Shown: positions 49,450-61,444, counted from the first letter of the stretch. The stretch: 64,000 nt of DNA from an uncultured Alphaproteobacteria bacterium (GCA_963736275.1 CAVTOP010000017.1:7551-71550); one strand, 5' to 3'. A program made the numbers and translations. Notes: generated by a model from the letters alone, not told the origin.

Positions 49450-49680
49450 CCGTCATCATCGGGCTTGTCACCCGCAAGTCGGGTTTACCCGACTTGCGGC
49501 TCGAATAATAAGCTGTGGAAGTCGAGTAAACTCGACTTCCACGGCCATCCACGTCTTACTGCTTGAAATCTAAAGACGTGGATGCCCGGCACAAGAGCCT
49601 GTGCTCGGGCCGGCCCAACGGGTCCGCCAAAGCGCGGCCCGATGACAGGCTCCGGCCGGACCCGAGTGCCGGGCATGACG
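49450..49680. repeat. Type-1 palindromic repeat with module A and a further nested module C
   Basis: cgtcat...cttgtc[gcaagtcgggtttacccgacttgc...ggaagtcgagtaaactcgacttcc]ggccatccacgtctt...aagacgtggatgcccggcac[C]gtgccgggcatgacg. Confidence 0.88.
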
Positions 49681-49687
49681 ATTGTGG

Positions 49688-51359
49688 CTAGCTCGCCGCC
49701 TTGATCAACCGTTCGGCAGCCGCACGGGCCTCGTTGGTGATTTCGGCTCCGGCCAGCATGCGGGCGACTTCCTCGCGCCGGCGGTCCGCCGCCAGTTCCG
49801 TCACGCGCGTTGCAACGCGCTTGCCCTTCTCCAGCGCATCTTTGGTGATGAGGTAGTGGTGGTCGGCGCGCGCCGCCACCTGGGGTGCATGGGTCACCGC
49901 CAGCACCTGGACATCGCGCGCGAGCCTGGCAAGCCGCATGCCGATGGCATCGGCAACCGCTCCGCCCACGCCGGTGTCGATTTCGTCGAACACCAGAAGT
50001 CGGCGCCGAGCCACGATCGGCCAGTACGACTTTCAGCGCCAGCAGGAAGCGTGCAAGCTCGCCGCCGGAGGCGACCTTCATCAGCGGCCCAGGCCGCGTC
50101 CCCGGGTTGGTCTGCACCCAGAATTCCACGCGATCAATCCCGTTTGGCCCCGCGGCGGCCGGATCGGTGTCGAGCTGGGTGGAGAACTTTGCTCGCTCAA
50201 GCTTCAGCGGCTTGAGCTCGGCATTGACCGCCTTGTCGAGGGCAGATGCCGACTTGCCGCGCGCTTTCGACAAGGCATCGGCGGCCTTGCGATAGGCGGC
50301 GTCAGCCTCCCCGGCCGCTCTTTCGAGCGCCTTGAGCCTGTCCTCGCCAGCACCGATCAGGGCGATGTCGGCATTGTATTTGCGCGCAAGTTCCGCGAGA
50401 TCGTCGACCGCGACGTTGTACTTGCGCCCCGCCGCGCGCAGCGCGAATAGCCGCTCCTCGATGCGCTCGAGTTCGGCCGGGTCGAAATCGGCAGCGCGCA
50501 AGGCCGCCTCGAGCTGGGCGCGTGTCTCGTCCAGCGCGTTGAGCGCGGTATCGAGCGCCTTGACGGTGGGGTCGATCAGACCGGGCGCCTGCGCCGCGCG
50601 CCGTTCCAGACGCCGGATGACGCCAGACAGGGCCGGCACGCTGGAATTCGTGCCCGCGATGACGTCATGCGCGTCACGCAGATCCTCCGCGACTTTCTCG
50701 GCCTGCATCATCGACGCGCGGCGGTCGGCAAGCGCGGTCTCCTCCCCGCCTTGTGGGGCAAGCTTGTTGAGCTCATCGACAGCGTGCCGCAGCCAATCGC
50801 CCTCGCGCTTGGCGCGCTCGACCTCGGCGCGATGAGCTTCGGCCGCCTCACGTGCGTCACGCCCCGCCTGCCAGAGCGTTTCCACCTCGGACGCCTGGCC
50901 CTCCAGCCCGCCGGAAGCATCGAGCAATTGCCGATGCGTGGCCGCGTCGGTCAGCGCGCGCTCATCGTGCTGGCCGTAAATCTCGACCAGGGCGCTGCCC
51001 AGCTGCTTGAGCACTTGCACGCTGACCGGCTGGTCGTTGATGAATGCGCGCGTCCGTCCGTCGGACAGCTGCACACGGCGGAGGATCAGTTCGTCGTCCG
51101 ACGAAATGTCATTGGCCGCCAGCAGTGCGCGCGCCGGGTGGCCGGGCGCGACGTCGAAGACGGCGGTCACCTGACCCTGGTCGAGACCCTGACGCACCAG
51201 CGTCTGGTCGCCGCGCCCACCCAGGGCCAGCGCAAAAGCATCAAGCAGGATTGATTTTCCGGCACCGGTCTCGCCGGTGAGCACGGCAAGGCCGTCGGCA
51301 AAATCGATGTCGAGCCGCTCGATCAGAACGATGTCGCGAATGGACAGTCGGGAGAGCAT
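49688..51359 (-). CDS. recN: DNA repair protein RecN, +1 frameshift near 49998
   Basis: TGETGAGKS, ASGGELARFLLALK, (PTL)VFDEIDTGVGG and VTHAPQVAA. Confidence 0.95.
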
Positions 51360-51375
51360 GTCGTGCAAATCCCTT

Positions 51376-51501
51376 GTCATGCCCGGCCATAGCCGTTCGA
51401 AGAACGGCGTGCTTTCGCACGCCTATGTGCCGGGCATCCACGCCTTTCTCAGATTCGCATCATCAAAGACGTGGATGGCCGGGACAAGCCCGGCCATGAC
51501 A
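51376..51501. repeat. Type-1 palindromic repeat (reverse orientation) with module B variant
   Basis: tgtcatgcccggc[catagccgttcgaagaacggcgtgctttcgcacgcctat]gtgccgggcatccacg...acgtggatggccgggacaagcccggccatgaca. Confidence 0.88.
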
Positions 51502-51534
51502 ATGTGGGTAATTCCGTGCCAGTCTGCCCGGGCG

Positions 51535-52392
51535 CTAACCCACGATGCCCTTGAAGGCCCTGCTGATCCAGGAGCCCTGGTTTTCCTTGGGCTCGACCCC
51601 GCCGCTCTTCACCACGGCATAAGCGTGTTTGTACCATTGGCTGTCCGGGAAATTATGCCCGAGCACAGCGGCGGCGGTCTGCGCCTCTTCGACGACACCA
51701 AGCGCCATATAACTTTCCGTCAAACGCATGAGCGCTTCTTCGACGTGACGAGTGGTCTGGTACTTTGTGACGACCACTTTGAAGCGATTGATGGCGCCGG
51801 TGTAATCCTTCTTCTTCAAATAATAGCGGCCGACCTCCATTTCCTTGCCGGCGAGCTGGTCGCGCGCGACTTCGATCTTCTGTTTCGAGCTGTTCGCATA
51901 CTCGGTTGTCGGATATTTCCGGATGACCTCTTCAAGCGAGGCAAGCGCTCTTTCGGTGCGCGCCTGATCGCGCGTGACGTCCGGAATTTCTTCGAAATAG
52001 GACGAAGCGATCAAATATTGAGCGTATGCAGCATCCGGACTACCGGGATGCAAAGTGACGTATCTCTTCGCCGCATTCACGCAGTCATCATATTCGCCGG
52101 CCTGATAGTACGCGTAGGCCGACATGAGCAGCGACTTGCGCGCCCATTCGGAATATGGGTGCTGGCGGTCGACTTCCTCGAACTTCTTGACCGCGTCTCT
52201 GGCGTCCTTCTTCGCGTTGAGAAGATAGAGGCCTTCATTGTAGAGCCGGTCGGCAGGCTCGTCGGGCGGCGTGTCGTCCTTTTTGGCGAAAAGGTCGAAG
52301 CTGCTGCACGCACCGAGGCTCGCGGCCAACGCTGCGACAGCCAACACATGGGCGACGCGCGACCAACCCGCCAATCTTGCCGGCGCGGTCAT
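51535..52392 (-). CDS. bamD: Outer membrane protein assembly factor BamD
   Basis: Lipobox LGAC, TPR pattern (HPYSEWARKS, RDQARTE, KEMEVGRYY), and lpxC-bamD-recN synteny. Confidence 0.94.
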   Translation of the reverse strand: MTAPARLAGWSRVAHVLAVAALAASLGACSSFDLFAKKDDTPPDEPADRLYNEGLYLLNAKKDARDAVKKFEEVDRQHPYSEWARKSLLMSAYAYYQAGEYDDCVNAAKRYVTLHPGSPDAAYAQYLIASSYFEEIPDVTRDQARTERALASLEEVIRKYPTTEYANSSKQKIEVARDQLAGKEMEVGRYYLKKKDYTGAINRFKVVVTKYQTTRHVEEALMRLTESYMALGVVEEAQTAAAVLGHNFPDSQWYKHAYAVVKSGGVEPKENQGSWISRAFKGIVG

Positions 52393-52598
52393 GTCTGCGG
52401 TGCCTTGGGGCACGGCGTCGCTGGCTGCAAAAGTTTCGAACACGGACCCTCTACGCGAACGTGTCGCTTCCCCCGCTGGCCTGGTTTCCAACAGCGGCTA
52501 CACGCGCCGGTTTATACGAAACGGCAGGCTCTCGCCATGCGACTAAGCCGACATTCGGCCCGGATTAAGGCGAAGGTTAAGGCCAAATCGCTAGATTT

Positions 52599-53552
52599 TC
52601 AGGACACTTCCGGCCCATAGGCCGGCGCCACCAGGCCAGTCGCCAGACTGGCGCTAGCGCGAACGCGGCGGACGGGCTCGGCAGCTTCCACCACCCGCCA
52701 GGCGCTCGGATCCGACATCAGCGCGGACAGCACCGCGTGATTGAGCTTGTGGCCGCCACGGACGGTTTTGTAGACCGCGAGGAGCGGCTGACCTGCAAGC
52801 GCCAGGTCACCGATCGCATCCAGGACCTTGTGCCGCACGAACTCGTCGGCAAAGCGCAGGCCTTCCGGATTGAGCACGCGGTCTTCGCTGACGACCAGCG
52901 TGTTCTCGAAGGATGCGCCAAGCGCGTAGCCCGCGCTCCACAGCTTTGAAACGTCGCGCATGAAGCCGAATGTTCTTGCGCGTGCAATTTCACGGCGGAA
53001 CGTGTCGGGTTCGATGTCGAGCGCAAGCGCCTGCTGGCCGATCAGCGGGTGATCGAAATCGATCTCTGCCTCAACGCGGAAGCCGTGCTCATAAGGGCGC
53101 AATTCGCCGCGGGCGCCGTCTTTGGTCACCGAGACCGGCTTGATAACTTCGATGTAGCGGCGCGGCAACGCCCGCGCTGTCAGGCCCGCCTGGTCGATCG
53201 CGTCGACAAATGCCGCCGCACTGCCATCCATGATCGGGACTTCCGGTCCGTCGATTTCGACAACGACGTTGTCGACGTAGAGGCCACGCAGCGCCGCCAG
53301 CAGATGCTCTGCCGTCGAGCAAAGCGGACCTGAGGCATCGCCAAGCACCGTGGCAAATTCAGTTGCGGTAACGGCCCGCACGTCGGCGCGGATCTCGCGC
53401 TCGATCGAGCCATCCGCTGCAATGCGCTGGAAAACGATGCCGGCATCGTCGTCGGCCGGATGAAGCGTAAGAGTGACCGGGAGGCCGGAATGGACACCGA
53501 TGCCTGAAACGGCAATCGGGTGGCGTAGCGTCGTCTGCTTAGCGCCCTTCAT
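52599..53552 (-). CDS. lpxC: UDP-3-O-acyl-N-acetylglucosamine deacetylase
   Basis: GIGVHSG, TAEHLLAAL, EVPIMDGS, ARARTFGF and RHKVLDAIGDL. Confidence 0.96.
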   Translation of the reverse strand: MKGAKQTTLRHPIAVSGIGVHSGLPVTLTLHPADDDAGIVFQRIAADGSIEREIRADVRAVTATEFATVLGDASGPLCSTAEHLLAALRGLYVDNVVVEIDGPEVPIMDGSAAAFVDAIDQAGLTARALPRRYIEVIKPVSVTKDGARGELRPYEHGFRVEAEIDFDHPLIGQQALALDIEPDTFRREIARARTFGFMRDVSKLWSAGYALGASFENTLVVSEDRVLNPEGLRFADEFVRHKVLDAIGDLALAGQPLLAVYKTVRGGHKLNHAVLSALMSDPSAWRVVEAAEPVRRVRASASLATGLVAPAYGPEVS

Positions 53553-53963
53553 CTACCCAACTTCCGCCGGCTCATTACAGCCTGCGGCCCCATCCCCGAT
53601 GGCCCCCGCGGGGCCATATTTCTGCCTTCGTCGCAGCCGCCGTTAAGCTTAGGTGGCATCCCCCAGAGACTCGAAAAGTCCCTTTCGCCGCTGAAACTTA
53701 GGCTATTGGTGAAGGGCCTCCAACTCACGCTTTCTTACCGTCTGTTACTCTTTTTTGCCGCAATTTCGGACCCCCCAGGTCGCGGCCGACACCGAAATTT
53801 CCGCGTCACAATGACCGCCAAGACTACGATGAGAGCCTTCTGCTCTTTCGCCGGTCAGGGGCGCTGAAAACATCTGACTGCTCAAACTGTTAGGTTGGCC
53901 TTATGACGAGCAACGGCCCCGCTCCGGAAATGAGAGCGGGGCCGTTATCGGGAACTCCTGGCG

Positions 53964-55641
53964 TCAGTTGGCCTGGCGGCGGAGGAAGGCCGGGATATCG
54001 AGCTGGTCGTCCTCGCCGGAATTATGCACAGGCGCGTTCCGGCCGTGCGGGTCGAGGCCGTGCGGTCCGCTCCTGCGCGCATATTCCGAGACCGGTTCGG
54101 GCGGGCGGCCTTCAGGATGGCGGGCACTGGGGCGCTGCGGCGGGCGCTCCAACTGCGGCACTGGCCGGGCCGGCCGCGGCATTGGCGCCGAAGGCGGCGC
54201 TTCGTTGTCCGCGCGGCGGCCAAGCCCGACCGAGGCCAGGCGCTGCATCAGCGACATGCGGCGCTTCTCGGGATGATCGTCGGGGATCTCGCCGCGCTGG
54301 GCCCGGATCTCGTTTTGCGCGGGCAGTGGCAGTTCATCGATGCGCGGCATGCGCGGGGTCCGCGCCATGCGCTCCGGCGCCGGCGGAATGAACGCCGCCG
54401 GCATATGCGAACTCGGGAGCCAGCGCCTCAGCGTGCGCTGGCTCGAACAGAGACGGCTTCATCGGCATAGGCCGGATCGACACGTCTTCGATCGCGGTTG
54501 GCGGAAGGATGGCGGCCGCAACGGCGGCATGCGCGGCGGATTCAACGGACGGCGCCGCGTGCGCCGTCGCCGGGGTCCGCTCAATGCGGTCGGCGATGCG
54601 CCGGCTGTCGTTGCGAATCTTGCCCGCGAGCTCCTTGAGTGCGCTTTCAGCAGGCTGCGCCTGGCGCATGTGACCGGTGTTGTCGATACCGGTCGCCACC
54701 ACCGAGACGCGGATGATGCCTTCGAGCGTCTCGTCGAAGGTCGCGCCGACGATGATATTCGCGTCCTGATCGACTTCCTCGCGGATGCGAGTCGCCGCCT
54801 CGTCGACTTCGTAAAGGGTCAGATCCTTGCCGCCCGTGATCGAGATGAGCAGGCCCCTGGCGCCCTTCATCGAGGCGTCGTCGATCAGCGGGTTGGAGAT
54901 CGCGGCTTCGGCCGCGGTCAGCGAGCGCTTCTCGCCTGATGCTTCGCCGGTGCCCATCATGGCTTTGCCCATTTCGCGCATCACGGCGCGCACGTCGGCA
55001 AAGTCGAGATTGATGAGCCCTTCCTTGACCATCAGGTCGGTGATGCAGGCCACACCGGAATACAGGACCTGGTCCGCCATCGCGAAGGCGTCGGCAAACG
55101 TGGTCTTTTCGTTGGCCACCCGGAACAGGTTCTGGTTCGGGATGATCAGCAGCGTGTCGACCACTTTTTGCAGCTCGATGATCCCGGTTTCGGCAAAGCG
55201 CATGCGGCGCTGGCCTTCGAAGTGGAAGGGCTTGGTGATGACGCCGACGGTGAGAATACCGAGCTCGCGCGCGCACTTTGCAATGATCGGCGCAGCGCCC
55301 GTTCCGGTGCCGCCGCCCATGCCGGCCGTGACGAACACCATATGGGCGCCGGTGAGGTGATCGCGGATTTCATCGATCACTTCTTCTGCCGCGGCGCGTC
55401 CAACTTCGGGCTGAGAACCCGCGCCGAGACCTTCGGTCACCTGAGTGCCCATCTGAATGATGCGTTCGGCCTTGGACATCGTGAGCGCCTGCGCGTCAGT
55501 GTTGGCGACGACGAAGTCGACGCCCTGCAGGCCCGCCACGATCATATTGTTGACCGCATTGCCGCCGGCGCCACCGACGCCAAAGACGGTGATGCGAGGT
55601 TTCATCTCGCGAATATCGGGGATCGTCAGGTTGATGGTCAT
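53964..55641 (-). CDS. ftsZ: Cell division protein FtsZ, +1 frameshift near 54411
   Basis: [18 protein letters not shown] and NLDFADV. The C-terminal [12 protein letters not shown] is in ORF 53964-54404. Confidence 0.96.
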
Positions 55642-55761
55642 GTTTGCCTCATGATTGCACGAGCAGCAGGCCTTGCGCCGCGCCGAAGGCGCCAATGCAA
55701 TTGCAAGCCGCCGAATTGGGCCGGTCCGTCACCGGCCATTCGTGGTTCTGTTGATGAAGGG

Positions 55762-57084
55762 TCAGAAACTTTCGCGCAGCCATCGTCCGACCCGTGCCAT
55801 ATAACCGCCCGTTCCTGTCATCAATTGCCGCGTTCGCCGCGGTTCGAAGTGTTCGAGATGGGCTGCCTGTGGATAGACAAGCAGTCCGGCCGCAACCGCA
55901 AAGGCAGGGCCCTTTGCCGCTTCCGGCAAACCGGCCAGGCCAAGAGGACGGCCAATTCGTACGGGGCGCCGCAGAATGCGCGCGGCGAGATCGGCGAGGC
56001 CCGTGAGCTGGCTCGCACCCCCGGTCAACACGACGCGCCCGCGCGGCTCAGCCGCAAACGGCGAAGCTGCGAGGCGATCGCGCACCATTTCCAGGATCTC
56101 CTCGACCCTTGGACGAATGATTCGCACGAGCGATGCGCGCGAAACGAACTGCGGCGGCTCCCGCTCGTCATCTTCGACCGGAGGTACGGTGATCATGTCC
56201 CTTTCATCCGATCCACCCGCTAAAACACTGCCATAAATCGCTTTGATTCGCTCAGCATCGGCGACGCGGGTGTTGAGACCTCGGGCAAGATCCATGGTCA
56301 CGTGATTGCCGCCGAGGGCAAAGCCGTCGGCATGCACAAACTTGCCGCTCGAAAACACCGCCAAAGTCGTGGTTCCGGCGCCCATATCGACGGTCGCGAC
56401 GCCCAGATCGGCCTCGTCATCGGCAAGGGCGGCAAGGCCCGCGACATAGGGCGACGACACCATGGCTTCCACAGACAGGTGACAGCGCTCTACCGTGAGC
56501 ATCAGGTTTTGCACGGTCGCCACGTCCGCGGTGACCATGTGCATGTCGACGCCCAGTTGGTGGCCGAGCATCCCGCGCGGCTCGCGGATGCCGTTGGCGG
56601 CATCGACGGCGTAGCTGCTCGGCAAAGAATGCAGGACGGCGCGGCCGTCGCGCACCGAATGACGGCTGGCGGCTGCCAGCACACGGCCGATATCCCGTTC
56701 GGTGACCGAGCCGCCGGCAAGATCGATGTTTGCGACGAAGCGCTCGCTTCCGAGACGACCTCCCGACATGGAGACCACCACCGACTGCAGCTGAACGCCG
56801 GCCATGCTTTCGGCGATGTCGATCGCCTGGCGAACCGTCTCCTCAGCCTCCACCAGGTCGACGACGGAGCCGCCTTTCATGCCGCTGGCGGCGGTGTGGG
56901 CAAAGGCCAGCAGGCTGACCCCGTGACTGCGCCGGCGCAGAACATCCTGGGGCGCCTGCGGCTCAAGCCGAGCGATCAGGCACACGACCTTGCTGGTGCC
57001 GATATCGAGACCAGCGACAACCGCCGCGCGCTTGGGCGAAACCGGCTTCATCTTGGGGGTGAGTCCGAAGCGGAGCACGGTCAT
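55762..57084 (-). CDS. ftsA: Cell division protein FtsA
   Basis: LDIGTSK, DMGAGTT, LTGGASQL and WLRESF. Confidence 0.96.
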   Translation of the reverse strand: MTVLRFGLTPKMKPVSPKRAAVVAGLDIGTSKVVCLIARLEPQAPQDVLRRRSHGVSLLAFAHTAASGMKGGSVVDLVEAEETVRQAIDIAESMAGVQLQSVVVSMSGGRLGSERFVANIDLAGGSVTERDIGRVLAAASRHSVRDGRAVLHSLPSSYAVDAANGIREPRGMLGHQLGVDMHMVTADVATVQNLMLTVERCHLSVEAMVSSPYVAGLAALADDEADLGVATVDMGAGTTTLAVFSSGKFVHADGFALGGNHVTMDLARGLNTRVADAERIKAIYGSVLAGGSDERDMITVPPVEDDEREPPQFVSRASLVRIIRPRVEEILEMVRDRLAASPFAAEPRGRVVLTGGASQLTGLADLAARILRRPVRIGRPLGLAGLPEAAKGPAFAVAAGLLVYPQAAHLEHFEPRRTRQLMTGTGGYMARVGRWLRESF

Positions 57085-58028
57085 GCTTCGCCTCCCTTGG
57101 CCGGCTTCTTCTTGGCTTTTTCCAGATCCTTAAGCGCCTGCTCACGCGCGGCCGCCGCACCATCGGACAGGCGAACGGTGACGCGGTCGGACAGCCTCAG
57201 ATCGACAAGAATGATGTCGCGCGACAGCAGCTTCTTGCTGCGGTCGAGCTCGACGAGAGTTCGCATCGCCCGTTCCGGCTCGATTTCAGGCAGAAGAATT
57301 TCCACACCGCTTTTCAGGTGCAGATTCCACCGCCTTTCGGCGACCAGCACGGAGGATTCGGTGACCTGCGCAATTTCAGGAAAGCTTCGGACCAGGTCGA
57401 GGAAGGCATGCGCGCCAGTTTCGGCGCCGTTGCCAACGACCATGGGAAGACTGGCAAAGCGCGGCGGTGCCGTTGTTTCAAGAACGGTGCCTTCGCTTGC
57501 GATCAGCGCAATGCGCCCGTCCTTCTGCCAGAGCGCAAACGGTTTGCGCTCCTTGATCTCGATGCGCAACCGGTCGGGATACAATTTAAGAACAGTTGCA
57601 TCCGCGATCCATGGATTGTTCATCAGGCGCGCGCGGGCTCGCGCCGCGTCAAGGAACAAAAGCGACGAGTGGTCGCTGATACCGGCCAGCGTCAGGATTT
57701 CGTCGCGGCCAACGTCGTGCTCGCCGGTCAGCGCGACTTCGGCGATGCGGAAGCCGGCTTTGTTGGCGGCGGCATCGCACAGGTCTTGCAGATTTTCGAG
57801 GATCTGCGGCCCGTGACCGCCCTTGATGGCGCCGTAGCTGACACTCGCGAGCAGCAGCATCGCGGCAGCCGAGGCGCCCGCCCCTTGCGGAATTTTCAGG
57901 TTGACGAGCCGGATGCCGCACCGTCGTGCAACACGCAGCCAACGCGGCTCATAGGACCGCGTCCACAAAGCAAACGATGCACGTCGTTTCAGCGTGAGCG
58001 ATTGAGCGAGGCGTCCCCGGCCTTCCAT
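57081..58028 (-). CDS. ftsQ: Cell division protein FtsQ
   Basis: POTRA domain, KLYPD, ERKPFALWQ, RRWNL and DLRLSDR; synteny. Confidence 0.94.
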   Translation of the reverse strand: MEGRGRLAQSLTLKRRASFALWTRSYEPRWLRVARRCGIRLVNLKIPQGAGASAAAMLLLASVSYGAIKGGHGPQILENLQDLCDAAANKAGFRIAEVALTGEHDVGRDEILTLAGISDHSSLLFLDAARARARLMNNPWIADATVLKLYPDRLRIEIKERKPFALWQKDGRIALIASEGTVLETTAPPRFASLPMVVGNGAETGAHAFLDLVRSFPEIAQVTESSVLVAERRWNLHLKSGVEILLPEIEPERAMRTLVELDRSKKLLSRDIILVDLRLSDRVTVRLSDGAAAAREQALKDLEKAKKKPAKGGEA

Positions 58029-58162
58029 CGCGACCTACTATCCAAACGTTGTGCCCGGGAGGGGCACGCAAGCGCCGCCGTCAACGGTATCGTCCGCACG
58101 CACGACTCCACGGCAGCCAAGCGCGCGGTGCGCCGCCAGAGGCCTAGTCTTCGGCTCTATTG

Positions 58163-58177
58163 GTAAATGATTAGTAA
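58163..58177 (-). promoter_or_regulatory. Possible CtrA box upstream of ftsQ
   Basis: TTAC-N7-TTAC (2 mismatches to TTAA-N7-TTAA) in an AT-rich patch between ddl and ftsQ. Confidence 0.35.
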
Positions 58178-58210
58178 AATTTGAACGGTTTTACGCGCTA
58201 GACGCTAACT

Positions 58211-59128
58211 TTAGCGGTCCAGCGACGCATCCTTGACCATCCACTGCACCAGGTCCTCGAAGCTGATCCCGGCATGCGCCGCAAGCTCGGGAACCAGCGA
58301 GGTTTCAGTCATGCCCGGCTGGGTATTCACCTCCAGGCAGAACAGACCCTTCGCCACGCCCAGTCCGTCGTCAAAGCGAAAGTCCGACCGGGTGACGCCA
58401 CGGCAGCCGATCGCGCGGTGCGCCGCCAGCGCGAGACGCTGCACTTCGCGATAGGCGTCGGCGGCAATCGGCGCCGGCAACAGGTGCTTCGAGCCGCCCG
58501 GCGCATACTTGGCTTCGTAATCGTAGAACTTCACCGTCGGCACGATCTCGATCACGCCGAGCGCCTGCTCGCCCATCACCGCGCAGGTGAGCTCCTTGCC
58601 GGGAATGTACGGCTCGACAAGAACCTGGTCGCCGAACGCCCAATCGGCGCGCGTCAACTCCTGCGGCGGATGCTTGTGATCCTCACGCACGATGAAAACG
58701 CCGACACTGGACCCTTCCGCGACCGGCTTGATCACGTAAGGAGGCGGCAGCAGGTGGCGCTTGGCTGCATCCTTGCGCGCGACCACCATTCCACCCGGCA
58801 CTGGCACGCCCGCCGCATTGAGCACGCTCTTTGCAATGTCTTTCTTCATCGCCAGTGCCGAGGCGAGCACACCGGAATGGCTGTAAGGGATGCTGAGGAC
58901 TTCAAGCAGGCCCTGCAATGTGCCGTCTTCACCGGGGCGTCCGTGCAGAACGTTGAGTGCGACGTCCGGCTTGCGCGCGCGCAAAGTCGCAGCGACATCA
59001 CGATCGACATCGATCCGGCTGACCTGATAGCCCGACCGCTCAAGCGCGTCGGCGCACGCCTTGCCGGAGCGCAGCGAAATCTCGCGTTCGGTCGACCAGC
59101 CTCCCATCAGAACGGCGACGTGCTTCAT
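58211..59128 (-). CDS. ddl: D-alanine--D-alanine ligase
   Basis: GGWSTEREISL.SG, LHGRPGEDG, YDYEAKY and EVNTQPGMT. Confidence 0.96.
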   Translation of the reverse strand: MKHVAVLMGGWSTEREISLRSGKACADALERSGYQVSRIDVDRDVAATLRARKPDVALNVLHGRPGEDGTLQGLLEVLSIPYSHSGVLASALAMKKDIAKSVLNAAGVPVPGGMVVARKDAAKRHLLPPPYVIKPVAEGSSVGVFIVREDHKHPPQELTRADWAFGDQVLVEPYIPGKELTCAVMGEQALGVIEIVPTVKFYDYEAKYAPGGSKHLLPAPIAADAYREVQRLALAAHRAIGCRGVTRSDFRFDDGLGVAKGLFCLEVNTQPGMTETSLVPELAAHAGISFEDLVQWMVKDASLDR

Positions 59129-59132
59129 CGCG

Positions 59133-60047
59133 TCAGGCCTTCACCCCAACCCGCTTGATTTCCCATTCCAACGCAACGCCGGAATGGGCCTTCACACGCT
59201 CGCGCACCGTCTCGGCCAGCGTCTCGATATCGGCCGCGCTGGCGCCGCCGAGATTGATCAGAAAATTGCTGTGTAGCTCGGACACCTGCGCGCCCCCGAC
59301 GGTCAAGCCACGGCAGCCGGCATCGTCGACCAATTTCCAGGCGCTGTGACCCGGTGGATTTTTGAAGGTTGAGCCGCCGGTCCGATTGCGCGGCTGGCTT
59401 GCTTCGCGCTTCTTTTTGATCGCCGCCATTTCTGTCGCAATTTCTTCGGCCACACCGGCACGACCCTGCAAAACCGCCGACGTGAAAGTCACGTCATCGG
59501 GTACCGCGCAATGACGGTAAGAAAAGCCCATGTCGCCGTTGCTGAAGGTGCGGATATTTCCCTGCCGGTCGACGCCGCGCGCCTCGACAAATATATCCTT
59601 GGTCTCGCCGCCATAGGCACCGCCGTTCATGCGCAGCGCGCCGCCGATGGTGCCTGGAATGCCGCTCAAGAACGCCAATCCTGCGATACTGGCGGCCTGC
59701 GCGGCCCGTGCCGCCATCACGTCCAGCATCGCGGTCCCGACATTGACGCGATGCTCCTCGACCTTCACCTCATTGAAGCCGCGTCCCAACCTGATCACGA
59801 CGCCTGGCACGCCGCCGTCGCGCACGATGAGATTTGAGCCCGCGCCGATGACGACCACCGGAATTTCCGGCGGCAGGTTGCGGAGGAAATACGCAAGGTC
59901 GCTTTCGTCTTCAGGCATGAAAAAGGCCTGCGCAGGACCGCCCACCCGGAACCAGGTGAATTCTCCCAGCGATTGTTTGGCGAGCAGCCGCCCCCGCAAT
60001 TCGGGCATTTTCGCCTTCAGCTCGGGAACGATGTCGCGAAAACTCAT
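59133..60047 (-). CDS. murB: UDP-N-acetylenolpyruvoylglucosamine reductase
   Basis: [39 protein letters not shown] and HSNF. Confidence 0.96.
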   Translation of the reverse strand: MSFRDIVPELKAKMPELRGRLLAKQSLGEFTWFRVGGPAQAFFMPEDESDLAYFLRNLPPEIPVVVIGAGSNLIVRDGGVPGVVIRLGRGFNEVKVEEHRVNVGTAMLDVMAARAAQAASIAGLAFLSGIPGTIGGALRMNGGAYGGETKDIFVEARGVDRQGNIRTFSNGDMGFSYRHCAVPDDVTFTSAVLQGRAGVAEEIATEMAAIKKKREASQPRNRTGGSTFKNPPGHSAWKLVDDAGCRGLTVGGAQVSELHSNFLINLGGASAADIETLAETVRERVKAHSGVALEWEIKRVGVKA

Positions 60048-61444
60048 AGCGCCTTCAATTCCGCTGGAAGGGCGTAGGCCCATTGCGTGATCGAGCCGGC
60101 GCCAAGGCAAACCACGTAGTCATCCGGCTTCGCCAGACTTTTTATCAACGGCGCCAGTTTTTCCGGCCCGTCCAATGGCATTGCCTGCTTGTGTCCGCGC
60201 GAGCGCAAGCCGGTCACCAGCGCGTCGCGGTCGGTGCCGGGGATCGGCTGCTCGCCGGCCGGATAAACAGGCGCGATGATGGCGACGTCGGCATCGTTAA
60301 AGCAGGTGCAGAACTGCTCGAACAGATCGTGCAGCCGCGTATAGCGGTGTGGTTGCATCACCGCGATCACCTGGCCTTTGGCGCTTTCGCGGGCTGCGCG
60401 CAGCACCGCAGCGATCTCGACCGGATGATGCCCGTAATCGTCGATGATAACCGCGCCGTTCCATTCCCCGACGCGCGTGAAGCGCCGCTTGACGCCACCA
60501 AAGCCAGCAAGCGCCTTTCGAATGACATCGGCCTCGACCCCGAGCGCGTGAGCGACTGCGATGGCGGCGGTTGCATTCAATGCGTTGTGGCGGCCCGGCA
60601 TCGGCAGGCTGAGCTTGTCGATCTTGTGCGCGGTCTTGCCCTCGCGATCGCGGAAGAGAACGGAAAACCGGGACTCGCCGTTGAGATGGCCGAGATCGGC
60701 GAGACGGACATCGGCCTGCGGGTTCTCACCATAGGTGAGAATGCGGCGATCTTCGAGCTTGCCGACCAGCGGCTGGACAACCGGGTGATCCGTGCACATC
60801 ACCGCAAACCCATAGAACGGAACGTTCTCAACGAAGGCGCGGAACGCGTCCTGCACGGCCTCGAACGTGCGGAAGTGGTCGAGATGTTCGGGGTCGATGT
60901 TCGTGACGATGGCGATGTCGGCGGGCAGCTTGAGAAAAGTGCCATCCAATTCATCCGCCTCGACCACCATCCAGTCCCCTGCGCCGAGCCGCGCATTGGT
61001 GCCGTAGGCATTGATAATGCCACCGTTGATCACGGTGGGGTCAAGACCGCCGGCGTCGAGCAAGGAGGCAACAAGCGAGGTCGTCGTCGTCTTTCCATGC
61101 GTTCCGGCGACAGCGATGCAGCTTTTCAGCCGCATCAGCTCAGCCAGCATTTCGGCGCGTCGCACGACCGGCAAACGTTTGGCGCGCGCGGCGACAAGCT
61201 CCGGGTTGTCACGCTTGATAGCGGAGGAGACGACCACAACGTCGGCACCGTCGATATTTTCAGCCTTGTGCCCAATCGCGACTTTCACGCCCTTGTCGCG
61301 CAACCGTTTGACGTTGGCACTTTCGGCGACGTCCGAACCGGTCACGCTGTAGCCGAGATTAGCCAGGACCTCGGCGATGCCGCTCATGCCAATGCCGCCG
61401 ATGCCAACGAAGTGCACCGGGCCAATGTCGCGCGGCAGTTTCAT
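60044..61444 (-). CDS. murC: UDP-N-acetylmuramate--L-alanine ligase
   Basis: [26 protein letters not shown] and DDYGHHP. Confidence 0.96.
   Translation of the reverse strand: MKLPRDIGPVHFVGIGGIGMSGIAEVLANLGYSVTGSDVAESANVKRLRDKGVKVAIGHKAENIDGADVVVVSSAIKRDNPELVAARAKRLPVVRRAEMLAELMRLKSCIAVAGTHGKTTTTSLVASLLDAGGLDPTVINGGIINAYGTNARLGAGDWMVVEADELDGTFLKLPADIAIVTNIDPEHLDHFRTFEAVQDAFRAFVENVPFYGFAVMCTDHPVVQPLVGKLEDRRILTYGENPQADVRLADLGHLNGESRFSVLFRDREGKTAHKIDKLSLPMPGRHNALNATAAIAVAHALGVEADVIRKALAGFGGVKRRFTRVGEWNGAVIIDDYGHHPVEIAAVLRAARESAKGQVIAVMQPHRYTRLHDLFEQFCTCFNDADVAIIAPVYPAGEQPIPGTDRDALVTGLRSRGHKQAMPLDGPEKLAPLIKSLAKPDDYVVCLGAGSITQWAYALPAELKAL

Noticed and set aside
52565-52580. CtrA box upstream of bamD
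   Set aside because: The spacing is TTAA-N8-TTAA rather than N7.
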